Shown one piece after another: positions 12,913 to 29,400 of a stretch of 64,000 nucleotides of DNA; the stretch's first letter is position 1; each line of letters starts with the position of its first letter. The stretch lies in NCBI GenBank assembly GCA_017499595.2, contig CM039001.1, positions 682,001 through 746,000 on the forward strand, given 5' to 3'. The stretch comes from Psilocybe cubensis (taxonomy: Eukaryota). The translations under genes and the position numbers were made by a program. A model generated the notes under the pieces. That model was not told the DNA's origin. It saw only the letters and a list, made by a program, of their open reading frames with translations, and did not search any database.

Positions 12913-13785
12913 AACGAAAAAAATGTGGGCTTGTAACTTAGTGATTTCAAGATTCGACGCAGCTTAAGAAGCACTACACCCTCCTTCCAGTACAAAGGCA
13001 ACGATGTCTGGTGACCGTGGCTAGATTCTTATCTTGACAGCTCCACTAATGCTTGAGATCCCAAGAAAAAAGAATGCACATGCACCTTCACCCTGACGCT
13101 CCAAGTTCAAGATTTCATGGAATATAGTCTGTACTATAGATGAGGGTTCGACCTTGAGAAGCAGGAGAAAGTCTCGGCAAGAAATTATAGATAAGGTAGG
13201 CGCTAAAAAACAAAAAAAAGTGAAGCGCCCAGGTACCAACACTGACTTTCGCTTAAAGCCGAATTTATGATTGGACGGAATCCAACTCCAAGGCACACAG
13301 TCAATGGTTCAGCCCAAATCAGTCCACGCCCTAGCGCTCAATTAAACACCTGGTCAAAAACGAGGTAGGTAGGACAACCTGCATTATCTTTGCCCAGCCT
13401 TTGGAAGCAAGGTGCGTGCGATTCATGGAGTGGGATCTGGGGTACTTTTGGGGTGGCCCCACTGTGATTTTCACACCTCTTTACCAAGAACGTTGGGAGC
13501 AGTGATTAGTAAAAGGTATAGTGAAGCAGGGACTTGAGTGCGGTTCCAGAATTTCCGTCGAGACCCATTTGGCGGACCTCGTTGCGTACAAGCGAGAAAC
13601 CCTAGATGAACCCACTAGCCAAAGCTGGATTCCAATCTGAGCAGTTCGAGGCGCGCTTGAAGCAGGCTTGAATGACGGGAGACGGTGCTTGAAATCATTC
13701 GAAGATGCTAGACTAAAAAAACATTGCTATGTATTATTACATCTTGGAAAAAGTACAATCCTACCACATATCCAATATTCAAGCT

Positions 13786-16860
<3,075 letters not shown>

Positions 16861-17063
16861 CGGCTTTAGCGAAGGGAGTGCAGGGAGGTAGGGAGGAATG
16901 GGTAGAGTGGATTTTTGGTGAAAGAGGACAGACGGAAGAAAGAGGAAGGAGAAGAAAAGAAAGCGCAACAAAAACCGGTTGATCATTAACGAGATCGGCG
17001 ACGCGTCGGTCATGTGATCGCAAGAAAGAAAAGAAAAACAAAGAAAATAGGCAGAGAAAAAAG

Positions 17064-17147
17064 TGACCACCGCAGGACTCGAACCTGCAACCTTTTGGTG
17101 CCATTCAGCGATCGAAGCCAAACGCGCTACCATTGCGCTAGGTAGCC
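17064..17147 (-). tRNA. tRNA-Arg (anticodon UCG) with a 12-nt intron (17100-17111)
   Basis: Reverse complement GGCTACC TA GCGC AATGGTA GCGC G TTTGG CT TCG A [TCGCTGAATGGC] A CCAAA AGGTT GCAGG TTCGAGT CCTGC GGTGGTC A. All four stems pair, and a T6 Pol III terminator follows. Confidence 0.95.
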
Positions 17148-17257
17148 ATATTTGCGTCAACATTTGTAAGCATGAGAATCGCACGGGCACATACGGATTC
17201 GACTGGCTTACATACTAAATCCTTGAAGCTCAGTTCAGTTGATTTGACGTCTGGGAC

Positions 17258-17284
17258 TTACACTACACTACACTACACTACACA
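17258..17284. repeat. (CTACA)n pentanucleotide microsatellite
   Basis: ttacactacactacactacactacaca between the tRNA and the USP gene start. Confidence 0.7.
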
Positions 17285-17427
17285 ATTCTACTGTAGTCCT
17301 GTCTTGACCCGTCCTGTATTGCACTGTTGACTACACACCCCATCGGCATTAAACGCACAGCACACCAACTAAGACCCGTCCCGCCCGCTCCGCTCCGCCC
17401 CTGGGCACACCCGAGCCTCCAGGGCAC

Positions 17428-20400
17428 ATGTACATACAGCAGCAGCTCCAAGACATCCTCACAAGCCGCACCTTCCAGCAGACCGCCCCGCTCGTAGTGC
17501 TCTTCGCCGTCCCAGCCGCTGCATTCTTCGCCTCGCGCCTTGTTATCCGACTAAGGGTTATTGAGAGGCTCGTGTTTGTTCTGAGCTGGTGTTGGTCTTG
17601 GACTTTGAATTTGACTTGGTTGGGTATGGGTTTGGAGAGTTTTGGTGTTTCGTGGTTGTGGGCTGGTTCGTCGGGGGCTTCGGGGAGTACGTCGGGGAGT
17701 GGAACGCATGGGAGGAAGAGTAAGCGGAAGACGAGTGGAGGAGCAGGAGGAGGAAGCAACAGCGCAAAGTCGTCCAAAGCCATCCGAACGCGCGCTGATC
17801 AGATTGCACTGCAAAACCTCAAAAAACATGATAACGGTGGGTTATTTTCTTTCATATCAATGAAGTATGGTTAATGGAATGTGTACAGATACTGACGAGG
17901 ACGAGGATGACGGGTACTACGCTGGGCTCGTGAATATCTCGGGGACGTACTGCTTTATGAACTCGACTCTGCAGGCAAGCAGCCAACTCCCTCTCTCTCA
18001 AAAGAAGAAAAAAACTCACTGACTCTCTCACACAAACCACAGGCTCTCGCCTCGCTAAGCTACCTCCAGCCGCAAATCGACGCTATACAGCACAAAGCCG
18101 AGGTCTATGACGTGCCCACACCCGTCATCGACGCCCTACAAGATCTTTTCAAAAGTACGCTATTCAACCAACCCCCACACACCTCCCCGTCATACTAAAC
18201 AAATGTCCATTAATCTCCAGACCTCAACACCCCGAAATCATCGTACCACTCAATCCGGCCACACGGCATCATCGCCGCGCTGTCTTCTCCACCGCCACAA
18301 ACCACAGGTGGCGACTCGACAGTATACCGCACTTCCACCTCGCTGTTCAACTCGCGCGAGCACCAAGACGCACAGGAGCTCTTCCAGCTCGTTACAGAAT
18401 GCATCAAGAACGAGACGGCCGCTGTCGACAGGGAGAGCCAGCGGGATCGGGGTATCGCCGGTGTGCTGGACCTGGACCCGACGACGGCAAAGGCAAAGGC
18501 GAAGTATAAGGAGGAGTATGATGTCCCGGAGATGAAGATCAGTAAGAATGTGTTTGATGGGCTTACTGCGAATCGAAGGAGCTGTGTTATCTGTGGGTAT
18601 ACGGAGGCGGTTATGCATTTTGGGTTTGATAATTGGCAGTTGGCGATGCCGAGACTTGCGGTATGTTGTCTCCCAACCAGACTCTGATTTGAGATGTGAG
18701 CTCATTAATGATAACAATGCAGACTTCATGTCGTCTGGAAGATTGTCTCGAGGACTACACCCGGCTTGAGATACTCAAAGACTGTGTGTGCCGGAACTGC
18801 ACGGTGCTCGCAACGCACAAGCGGCTGTTGCAGGAGCTCAAGTCTCTCGAAGATGCACTGGAAAACCCGGCGCCCTCGTCGTCCGATATGCCATCGTCCT
18901 CTCCGCAAAAGCCAAAACCGTCAAACTCGAAGAAGAAGCGGTACAAGGAAGTCAAGCGCATGGAACAGCGCCTGCGAAAGATTATGGAGGATGGGAGGAT
19001 CGAGGACGATTCGCTTCTAGAGGGCATCAGACTTGAGAAGGTCGTGAGCCCCGCGTCGACAAAGCAGGCTATGATTGCTAGGGTGCGTCGTTACATTACA
19101 AAGTAATTACTTGCTCTCAACGTCATGCTGATTGTACTCTAGCCACCGCCGGTGCTAGCTCTGCACCTGAACCGCTCTGTGCACTACGGGCATTACGCCG
19201 CCAAGAACACGATCAAAGTGATCTTCCCCGAAGTGCTCGATATCACACCATACACGACATCCGGCAGCCTCTCGACCGTCCCCACCAGCACAATATCGAC
19301 ACCGCCTCCACCACTAACACCGCGATACTACCAACCCACGATCCCACAGATCCAAAACACACTCGACTCGAGCGGGGCGAGCAGCAGCGGCAGCGGCGAC
19401 ACCTCTGCCTCGTCCTCGCATCTCGCGCCAGGGCCGAAGCGCGTGCGCACGCCGACACCCGAGACGTACGCGCCGGGTGCGCAGCGGACGATATACAGAC
19501 TTTCCGCGGTGGTGTGTCACTTTGGGCAGCACTCGTTCGGGCACTATATTTGTTATCGGCGGAAGCCTAGGCGGGTAAATGGGAAGTGGATGCCGCCTAC
19601 GCTGATCGACCCTCTGCGGCTGGAGCTGGAGGACGAGGCGCTAGCGTCGTCGCAAGATGGGCAAGGGAAGAAGGCGAACGGCTCTGTGGCGGCTGCGCGC
19701 ATGGCGGATTACGCAGGGTCGTCGACGCTGGGCGAAACGCGGTATTACTGGGAGGACCGGACGGAGGAGGATGTGGGCACGGGCCGGGGGTGGTTGAGGA
19801 TCAGCGACGACTCTGTGACGGAGTGCGGGATCGAGAGTGTGCTGGCGGAGGGCACCGGGGCGTTTATGCTCTACTATGAGAAAGCGGTGCACCCACGGCC
19901 GGGCGTGTACATGAACCACGGCCGGGCGAATGGGTCGGCGGCAGGGACGGCGGTGCTGGTGGGCAATAGGGTCGTTGTGGACGGCAAGATGATGCCGGTC
20001 GGGTGGTTGAATGGGATGGGGACAGGGACAGGGAGCGACAGTGGGCGGGTGGATTATTTGACTGGAGATGGGGACGGGGACGGGGATTCATTCAGCATTG
20101 GGTCGGAGGAGACGCTGAAGCCGGAAATGCGGGTGATGAATCTGAACGGCAGCGTCGGCTCGCTCGTCAGCGAGGTCGGCGTCGGCGTGATGAAGTCCCC
20201 CAAGAAGGAGAAAAAGAAGCTGGAAAAGAAGGACTCGATGTCAAACATGAGCATGAGCCTCACCATGCCCGCCTCCTCCTCCTCGTCCCTTGCATCCGCC
20301 GTCTTTGGTGCCCGCATTGTCCGCAGTGTGAATGCGCGCAGACGGAATACCCCAGAGAGCGCTTCTGCGTCCAACGGAAGCGCTCTTCTTCCCAACGGGA

Positions 20401-20651
20401 TCCACGCCACAGATCCACCACCACCGTCCGTCAATGGCTCCGCGGCCCACGAGGACGACAGCGCGTTGTCGGCTATGACCGCATCTGCGCCTTCTATCCT
20501 TCCCAGTCCGCCTGTCGAACCACCGAATCAGCCTTCGAGTTCGACGCCTAAACCCCCTTCTCCCAAAAAATCGTCGCATCTAGGCCATGGTTCCAAATCG
20601 ACGAAAGTGATGCACTCATCGCCACCCAGTGTCAAAGTCAAGGCGCGATAA
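17428..20651 (+). CDS. Ubiquitin-specific protease (peptidase C19) with N-terminal hydrophobic membrane segment (Ubp1/USP30-like), multi-exon
   Basis: Cys box GLVNISGTYCFMNSTLQALASL, HQDAQELFQ, CxxC pairs, LALHLNRS, His box VVCHFGQHSFGHYICYR, and WLRISDDSV. Confidence 0.9.
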
Positions 20652-21651
20652 ACTGAATACTGAATCGTTTACTTATTATTCTATGCATAATCCACTCTTC
20701 AGCTCAATTCTCGTCTACGGAACAAACCAAAAAAAAGAATATCTATTCTTATTCTACCCCCCAACTCTCAACTTCGAATCCGAATCCAAATTCGCAAATG
20801 AGTTTTGTTAGATCTCCCCGTCTCCTTTTTTTTTCTACATTATTCAAAGTTACATCTGCATATGCGTCCGTCTCTGTACATTTTTATATCACTGGCCATT
20901 TTCATCTTTCGAGTTTTATCATTCACCCCATCACTTATTCACAGAATCACAACTTTGAACTGATTACATCCACGTCCAACCCTCCAACCCTGTTTTTTTT
21001 GGACATCTACTCTGCTTTTGGGGCCGTCGACCGAGTGACATTATGCAGCTCCATTTCACAACGCGATTTATGAACCCACCAACACCAACACCATCTCATC
21101 TCGTTTGATAATCGATTCGGCCACCACGCCATGTACTTGTAGCTGTATTTTTTCTTTCTCTTTTCGTTCCTTTTCTTTTTATTTACAAATCTTATGAATA
21201 ATCTGCATATACTTCGAAGTTTGGCGTTCAGAAATAGAGATGGGATTGTGGTTGGTGGTGGTACATATAAATGATGTGATATGGATATGATATGAGTGGT
21301 ATCTAGTGATGTAGGGTATAGTGAGTGCCAACTGTCCAGCAGAACGGTATATAAGTTAAGAACGGTACATAAGTTATAATTATATGCGCATGCGTGTGGG
21401 GGAATGGGGAATGGGATGCATAGAGCTCACAACGTGAAAGCCATACAAGGAAAGCAGTGGTAGTACGAAAACTTTGATAGCGAAAAACGAAAGCGAAAAC
21501 GAAAATAAGAACATAAGAAAACAATGGACATGACTCCTGGACGAAACAAGCGCGTGTTAAAGTCAAGCTTGGGCGCTTCAGCGCTCAGCTTCAACCTTCA
21601 AAATCCAAAACCCAACCCCAAGTTAAGTGCAATAAATTATAAAACCCATCC

Positions 21652-22826
21652 TCACCGCTCACTGCTCATGCTCACTGCACGCTGCAGCTCAGCTTGCGCA
21701 CGGCAGACAAATGCAGTCGCGGCGGCTTCTGAATCATCGGGAGAATAATATCCGTTGATGGAGCGTAGTTGTTCACGTTCGCTTCGAGATCGTGGATACG
21801 TATAGCTTTCCAGCTCTGCGAGGAATCTGCTAGTGTGGATGGAGGTCAAAGTCAGAGATTGGGGTCGTGTGCAATGCGCGAAGGGCGAAGGGGTATGGGG
21901 TGTATCGTGTATTGTGTATCGGCGTGGTACGCACCTGTATTTTCTTTTGGAGCAGGGAGAGACGCGAGAAGCGACTCGATGGCGGCTTCGACTGCCGCTT
22001 CCAGCGCGGAGAGGTCATCCGCGTCTGTCGTACTCGTCTCTAGCCCATCGTCGCGCCCCATTCCAAGTCCGAGTCTCGCGTACTTGACGCGCTCCATCTG
22101 CTTCGTTATCATCTATGTATACATACGCAAAAAATTTCAGGGGACAGTGTAATAGAATGATGGAATCCAGCGCTCAATTCGACGCGACGCGCCGCCTCCG
22201 AGCGAAAGCGCCATAGTATGAAAGGAGTGTAACGAGTTCAAGCTTACCCTAAGACTAAGCGCGAACGCGCGGATCTCCTGGGAAAGCCGGAGAAACGCGA
22301 TAGTCTTGAACCACCTCCGGAGCGTCTGCACGATACCGCCTTTTGCTGGGGACTCGGACGTAGTACTAGTAGTAGTAGACCTTGGTGTCGTAGCGAGCAT
22401 CAGCGTCTTCAGCTGGTACTCCAACCTATCGGTACCCAGCAGCGTATCAGAATTGAATATTGAATATTGAAATCGAGTAGAGGATATTGTAATTGATTGA
22501 AGGCAAAGCACACACCTCTCGACGTGCCAGCGGAGCCGCACCAAGTGCTTGCCATGCACACCCCTCCCAGCACACGTCCCCGTGGGCCCACCTTCGCACT
22601 GAGCCTCAACAACAATCCCACACAGCCTTTCAAAAGCCTCCCAAACGCGATCCATGCCCTCCGCAGACGCAAGCCACAGGTCGAGGTCGCGGTCTCGGAA
22701 GTAGCACCACCGCCAGCGCCCGTAGCGCCGCGCGAGGAATGCCGCGGTCGAGCAGAGGACCCCGAGTGCGGAGAGGGCGGTGAGTGTGAATGTGAGCGGG
22801 TCCATGCCTAGGACTGTCGCGTCCAT
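21652..22826 (-). CDS. Hypothetical protein with N-terminal transmembrane helix, multi-exon
   Basis: Successive minus-strand ORFs (22137-22826, 21852-22112, 21652-21849) with GC-rich coding-like composition and a hydrophobic N-terminus. No family recognised; exon boundaries uncertain. Confidence 0.45.
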
Positions 22827-24772
22827 TGTGTGTTGATTCGATGATTCGGTACCGTCCCAACGCGAGCAAATGAGGAAACGCGGAGCTGTGTGGTGTGGCT
22901 GCGATGATGTGGGGAGGGTATGGAGTGTAGAGGTTAGAGTACAGAGTATAAGGATAAGGTTGCAAATTTAATAAACCCTCATATCTGCGCGTCGATTTAG
23001 CTTTTTAACGTTCCCAATTCTCCGCGTCGTGGCTGCGAAACCATTGACCCCAACACGAAATGAGCGAAATGAATGAATGAATGGATCAAATGGATCAAAA
23101 ACAGACATGTACTTGACGTAGAATTAGTGGGCGCGGAAAGCTGTGGCGGTGAGGTTGAGCTATCAACGAGGCTAGCTTCGCGATGTAAGTTATTCAAGTT
23201 CCTGCTACGGACCCTTCTATTTCAAAAATCGAATTGATGATCGTGAGTCATACTAATATCTAGAACTGCATAAAACATCATAGAATCACAGCGAATGGTC
23301 ATCATGAGGTCCCGCGCCGAGATGAAGAGTGCATCCACAAACCTCAAGAAAGACTATTATAAGCCCCTATCAAGCCCCTATACACGTCTATTAATAACTA
23401 TTTTCCTTATTTGGACTGTTTTTGGTGGTTGGTGGTTAGGGATGATAATGATGATGTCGTGGTGGCAGGTGTAAACGAGGTTCTAGGTTTGTTCTGCATA
23501 ACATCGGAACCTGAGTCATGCGCTCTAGCTATTGGGGATTTAGGATCGAGGATGGCGATATTGATGATCGTGAGTCATAGCGGGATGACGATGAGAGCGG
23601 GACGCGTGGTTGGCGCGAGGTTGCGGTTGCTGTTGCGGTTGGCGAAGAGGTCTCAAGACTCAGGATGATTGCGGCCATTGGGCGTGTAGATGTTGAAGCT
23701 GAGGGGTTCCGGTCACGACTTTTGGGTTCAAGGTCTTCGTTTTGGTGACAATGAGGTTCAGCGCTAGTAGCGCTTAAAGTTATAGGAAGCATCGAGGGCA
23801 TCGTTGTATATCATATCATACCTTATCATGCTCTCCTAAAACTTGTAGTGCCCACCAATTGTCTTGCCAGACATCCAAAAGACCGTTGAATGGCGATTGG
23901 AAGTAAGAAACGAAACTGTACCTCTCAGCCGTCTACTGCCATCGCTCTCAGCTTATTCCATATCTCCTAAGAGAGCAAAATCAGACATCTACGTCAGTAC
24001 ACTTAATCTCGGAAAAAATACGAGCGCCCATGACAAACCCGCAAACAACGAGGTCTTCTAAACATGAAATTAACGTCGTCTACACAGCTTTGAGGGCACC
24101 ATATTATAATTATAGTGGTCACTTGCACAAAGACTTGAGGTTGAACCCGTTATTGGGCGGTGCATCTGCAATCATCCATGAGGGAGCCATGATGTCTAAA
24201 TTATAAGTTTGGTGTTTATATAGCTTTGCGTTTAGACACTGGCACCATTGACGAAATCACGGATAAAAAAAGATCATCCACTGACTGGCATGACGGGTAG
24301 AAAAAAAAACAGAATTAAAAAAGTGGTATAACTGATTGATTGATTGCTTCCAGAAGTCAATAAGAAACGTGCAATAAAACGTACAGAAATAAGAGGAAAA
24401 ACAAAAAAAAATCTAATAGAGTAGCTCATTCCGATGCTAGCCAGTTGGTGTGGTACAATAATTTGCAAAAAAGGAACAGTGAACACATCAACAAACGCAA
24501 AAATCCCAGGAACGGAACCGCAGAAAAAGTGAAGCCCCTATTTCCAAAGTAGCTTAGCCAGGAACGCCACGAGGAAGCGGTGGACCGTGGTGGCGGCGTA
24601 AGAGAATCGTGTATGAAATCGTGTGTTGTGAATCCAGAGTTCGAGTTCTTTAGTGGTGATGGTGTTACAGAGAGAAACAAAACTACAGCTTCGCCGTCTA
24701 CGGGACTTGGGTACTTTGGGGACGGACGGACTTGGGAAAGGCCGCGGGGCGGTTGGGTCGGGCCGTCGACGA

Positions 24773-25333
24773 TCACCAGTAGACCCTGCGGTCGATGGTG
24801 CGGCGGCGGTCGATCGTCGGGCGGGTGTATGAGATGGTGCGTCGGACGCGAGTGACGGTCGGGTACCTGTATATGCCAATTCAATGCAAGGTAAAGTGGT
24901 GCAAGCGTTAGTAGATGTGTAGCAGGAATGGCGATGGTGTACTTGCCAGGCATTGTACACTTCGCCGTCGAGCTGCACCTCGATGATTTGGCGGCCCTGC
25001 AATGGGGAAGGTAGAGTAAGCTTTGTGTTCTGTGTGTGAGTGTAGAGGTGGACGTACAGCGTAGTCGAAGTGAGATCCGATAACTAGACCTTCGGTCCTT
25101 CCTTTGGTGCCATGGCGCACGGCAACGATGTCTCCTGGCTATGTATCATGAAGTAAAGCGAATATATGCGCCGAGGAGAATGTCGATGAGTCAATGAGAA
25201 GAAAAACGTGGGCATGCAAAAGAGCGTCGATCGGTGGGAGAGCGGAGGGAAGAAGGATAGCGAGTGAGTGCATGCACAATCATATAGCGAAGATACTTAC
25301 AGTGATGAGAGGCTCTTCAGTAATAGTCGACAT
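24773..25333 (-). CDS. Small 85-aa hypothetical protein, 4 exons (25333-25301, 25138-25058, 24996-24947, 24866-24773)
   Basis: Spliced product MSTITEEPLITPGDIVAVRHGTKGRTEGLVIGSHFDYAGRQIIEVQLDGEVYNAWYPTVTRVRRTISYTRPTIDRRRTIDRRVYW*. The frame is kept across two GT-AG introns and one GC-AG intron. Confidence 0.7.
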
Positions 25334-26480
25334 GGCGAAAAAACGAGAAAAACTATACAGACGTTCTTGGTGGTGGTGGTGGTGGTTTCTGTCAACGCAG
25401 AAAAATATAGTAAGCAAATTTGCAGGCTTGTCATTGTGCGGCCATGCATAGCGAGCTTCCTCCGACATCGCCCATTGGGCTTCTCGGCAATTGCCAATCG
25501 ATCCCCGACGTCGAGCCTCGAGGCCACCCGTACGTTAACAATGCACAATGTAAACTAGACTCACACAAACTTGACCTTGGAGTCGATTGCTGAGTGTTGA
25601 GAGTAGTCTTGCTGATAAAGGTGAATGGGAAGGGATCCGGGAAAGTGTCGCTGTGATTTATAGGATGCGAAGCCTAGCCTGAGATTAGATGACGGCTGTC
25701 CAATGAATGCTGCAGGCTGCGAAAGGTGAGGCGCGCCTCGAGGCAGAACCTCATTTGTTCCCGAACCCCTGTCCGCTTGTTCTCGCCATCAATATCACCT
25801 CGCATGACCACTGTTCGGGTCGGTCATCCTAGTCTTCGGCGGGATCATCAACGGACATTATGGCAAAGAAATTGGTCTCTCTAGCGACGATGCCATTCAT
25901 TCTATGAAATCGCACTACAGAAAACAATACATTGTAAGTACAATAACCTTGTAGTAAGTACAACACAAAAATTCTTCTAAATTTATCGCTGCTCAAATCG
26001 ACGATCATGTTTTTGCCCGCTTCCGTAAGTCCTCCGTTCGTTTTGTCGGGCATGCGCCACTGGCACGAGGATGCATGCCCTTCAGCGCGTTTTCAGAAAG
26101 CAATGATACATGTATCATGACCCAGATTAGATTTCCTGTGTTGATTCAAGGCGTGAGGGTCAAGATTTAGTATCACAGCCCGGAGGACTTAGAACCCCAA
26201 AACCCAGGTCGAGACAGTTTGTGTCAACGACTAAACAAACCAAATAGATGCATCAAAACGAGACACTGACGAGGATTTCTCGTCATAGGACTCTAGAAAA
26301 AAGGCCACGGGAGAGGAAAACCATGTGGAAGAGATACTTCGTGAGAGATATCATCGACTCTCAAGCAAAGGGAGATGGAGAAAGAGGAATCAATGCGACA
26401 TCCCGGTAAGAAAAATAATATGTTTGTGGTGCTCGGATGTTCGGACGGAAATATCACAGCGGGATGTATTCATGATGTCA

Positions 26481-28157
26481 TCACGCACCGACACCAAACC
26501 AACGTCGAAAAAGTGCGCGGATCCACTGAATAAGTGGCAGTATCCCAAGGAAATAGGAACCAGAGTCGTTTCCGGTCTGCGAGCCAGCTACTGCACCACT
26601 TGACCCTACTCCACCACTGCTGGCAGTGGGATCTAGTGTTATCTCCTTTGCACGCTCTTCGATGGCGCGAAGGATATCAGGGGCACAATCGTCGTAGAGC
26701 CTGCCAATTTCGGATTCTCGATTGTAGTACGAACGACGGACAGCGTACGGTGCCAGTCCGTTGTACTTGCGCACCGTCGAATTAAGCTGCGCGACAGCGG
26801 TTTCGTGGTAGCTTTTCTCTTTCGCGATCCATTCGGGGTCGCGATAGTTTTGAATATCTTTTATTGTGAGTCGGTGTAGGATCTCTGCTGGATGGTTCAT
26901 TGCGAGACCGCGTGTGGCACGACGAATCCACGACTGACGCAAGATCTCCCTGAAAGTGTTTACGGCGTTCTCTAACTCTGTTGCATACAGATCAGTCAAG
27001 GATCCCTGACAAGACTTGATATCGAGTGCATACCTACTTGGAGCTCGACCCATGGGGGAGCTGCGCCGTTCTTTTGTACAACTCGGTTCATCAAAAACTC
27101 CTCTCGCGCGATGAAGGGATTGAACTCTGCTGCTGAACGAGCCAGGGGTTTGCCTCGTCCCTGAACTGTATTGAATACACCAGCTTTGCGAGCTTTCTGC
27201 GGTACACAGTCAATCGATATTGATGAGTAAACATGAAAACAAGCATACCTCTATCTTATCTTCTACCAAGCTATTCCACCCTTTCAAACTAATGGGATTG
27301 ATACGACCAGCCCTAGGCGCACCAGTAGTTTTAATACCCAGTTTATAGTCCAATGTAGACTCCCGCGCTTCCGAGAGCTTCGTAGCCTGCCGTGTCCTCT
27401 TGATCTTTTCTCTCTCCAACCGACGCGCCTTATCGTCCAGCGGTGGGGACACCGTCGTAGGTTTAGACGAGACCATCAACGGCATCTGTGCAAGCTTGAT
27501 CGCGGCCGTATCGTGTTTCGGCGCTTTGAACTCAGTATGCCACGGCTGGTGTCCTTCACTGGAAGGAAGCAACGGCTCAGTCGCCCATGAACCCGTCGTA
27601 GGAGTCAACTTCACCGGAGGAAGCGATGTCGCATCGGACCCCTGCACCTCGATCCCACCTGACATCCCATCATCCACACTCTCGAAAGGCAGCGCACCAG
27701 ACGCGACGGAAGACAGCTTCGGTGGCGCCTGCTTGAGTTTCTGCTCGGCCGTCTGGATGGTGCCCGTGCGGAGGGGCTTGTACTTGTCGACGAGCATGCG
27801 CAATACGGCGTCTTTGATGCTCTCGTCGCCCGTCCAGTTCTCATGCTCCTGTTCTAGGTGGGCGAGGCGGGATGGTTTGTTCGCAGCGGCCTTTGCGGCG
27901 CGTGCGTCTTCTGCTTCTTCTCGTTGGGCATCTGCGAAGAGCTTGGCGCTGCCGCTGAGTCCTGACGGTGGTGGTTGTGCAGGAGAAGGGGCCGAGGTGT
28001 GATTGTTGCGCCAGGACCGTAGTGGTAGGCTGCGGGCGTAGACATAGGTGTAGGGATTAGAAGATGAAAACGAGAGTCGCGAAAGGGTGCTGAAAGGGAG
28101 TTGATGTGCGGCAGTGGTTCGAAGGCCTGGACAAATTGGTTGCATGCAGAGAAGCAA
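26481..28157 (-). CDS. DUF1992 (DNAJC28 conserved domain) protein, probably mitochondrial
   Basis: WTGDESIKDAVLRMLVDKYKPL, LVEDKIE|KARKAGVFNTVQGRGKPL and RKYNGLAPY; Arg/Ser-rich N-terminus. The start codon is uncertain. Confidence 0.7.
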
Positions 28158-29400
28158 AATTTACGTTTGTTGACGGTTATGTTTTTTCGTGGCTCTTCTT
28201 TTCTGCCACCATCATCCTCTTGGGTCTCCAGTCCAGTGTGCGGTCTTTTGCCTCTCTCCACCACGTACAGATGGGTAGAACAGCTGCGAACTCATGTCTA
28301 CCTTAGATCTTAGTTTGGGGCAAGTTGTCGGGGAAGCTTTCTTCTGATATCCTTGGACTGTTTGCAGCACTTGGTGCATAACGATCTGGTCCAGGACTCC
28401 GATATCACTTCATGGCACCAAAACCCAGGCTCCGGACGCTTTCTGTTCACTGGACCCCATCGGCCATGTTCACAGAGCTATGACCACAAATGCTATCTGC
28501 TAACACTACCGTGCTCTGCCTGTCCGGAGCTATTATATCTCACCCCACACGTCGTTTACATCAGGTCATATGCAAGCAGCACTTGAAGACTGCATCTGCG
28601 CATCTGTTTATACTTGGACATGACGCCTGCCCTCCCACCAGAGGCAGCGGCAGTTGGCGGCAGTAAAGTCATGTCTCGTTTACCGTGTCTAGTGTCCAGC
28701 TGCGGATACACTACCTCCTATATCCGTATTGAAAAGCCTCTCCGTCTCTTGTCGCATCTCGGGAAATTGTTGTCATTTATAACCTGCTTATGAAGACATG
28801 CTCTTCAGCGCTGCTCTCTTTCATGTGTGACATTGGGCCTTTCTTGCAATCGATATGCGCAGTGAAAGGTGCTGTCGTTTGATGTCGGACCGATGTGCAT
28901 TTGAACGCATAGACGCCCAATAATGGACTCTTCCGGGATTTTCGCGGATCTTGACATTTTTCATTGTAAAGTGATCCTCTCGTGGATTTCGCTTTCTTCC
29001 CTTGCGTACTACGGTCACTAAATACTAGCCCAGCTGTTGGCCTCGACTACAGAAAAAATTCATTACTCGGTGAGCTCTATTAACCGCGAGTAATTGAATG
29101 CACTGAGCATCTTTCCCATGCAATATTAAGTCAATCAAAAGAATCTTCAAAAATACATCCTGGGTGCCTGCCATTTTCTAAGAATACACAACTCAGTATG
29201 GTCATTCCTCAGATGCGTATCAACGGCAGAGAGATAGTTGGTCAGCGACATGGAAAAACTGATCCTATCCTGACGTTGAATGTCGAGGCCCGGATTGCTC
29301 CTTTCATCGTTGACCATGAATCAGGCAATGGTGATGTATATAAGAAGGGAGGATATGGGGTATGTATCTCCAGTCGGCCATCAACCTACTGTTCTCGACG

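Noticed and set aside
28617-28676. GACATGAC...GTCATGTC stem as a possible ncRNA
   Set aside because: The perfect stem is only 8 bp and there are no box motifs; compatible with chance.
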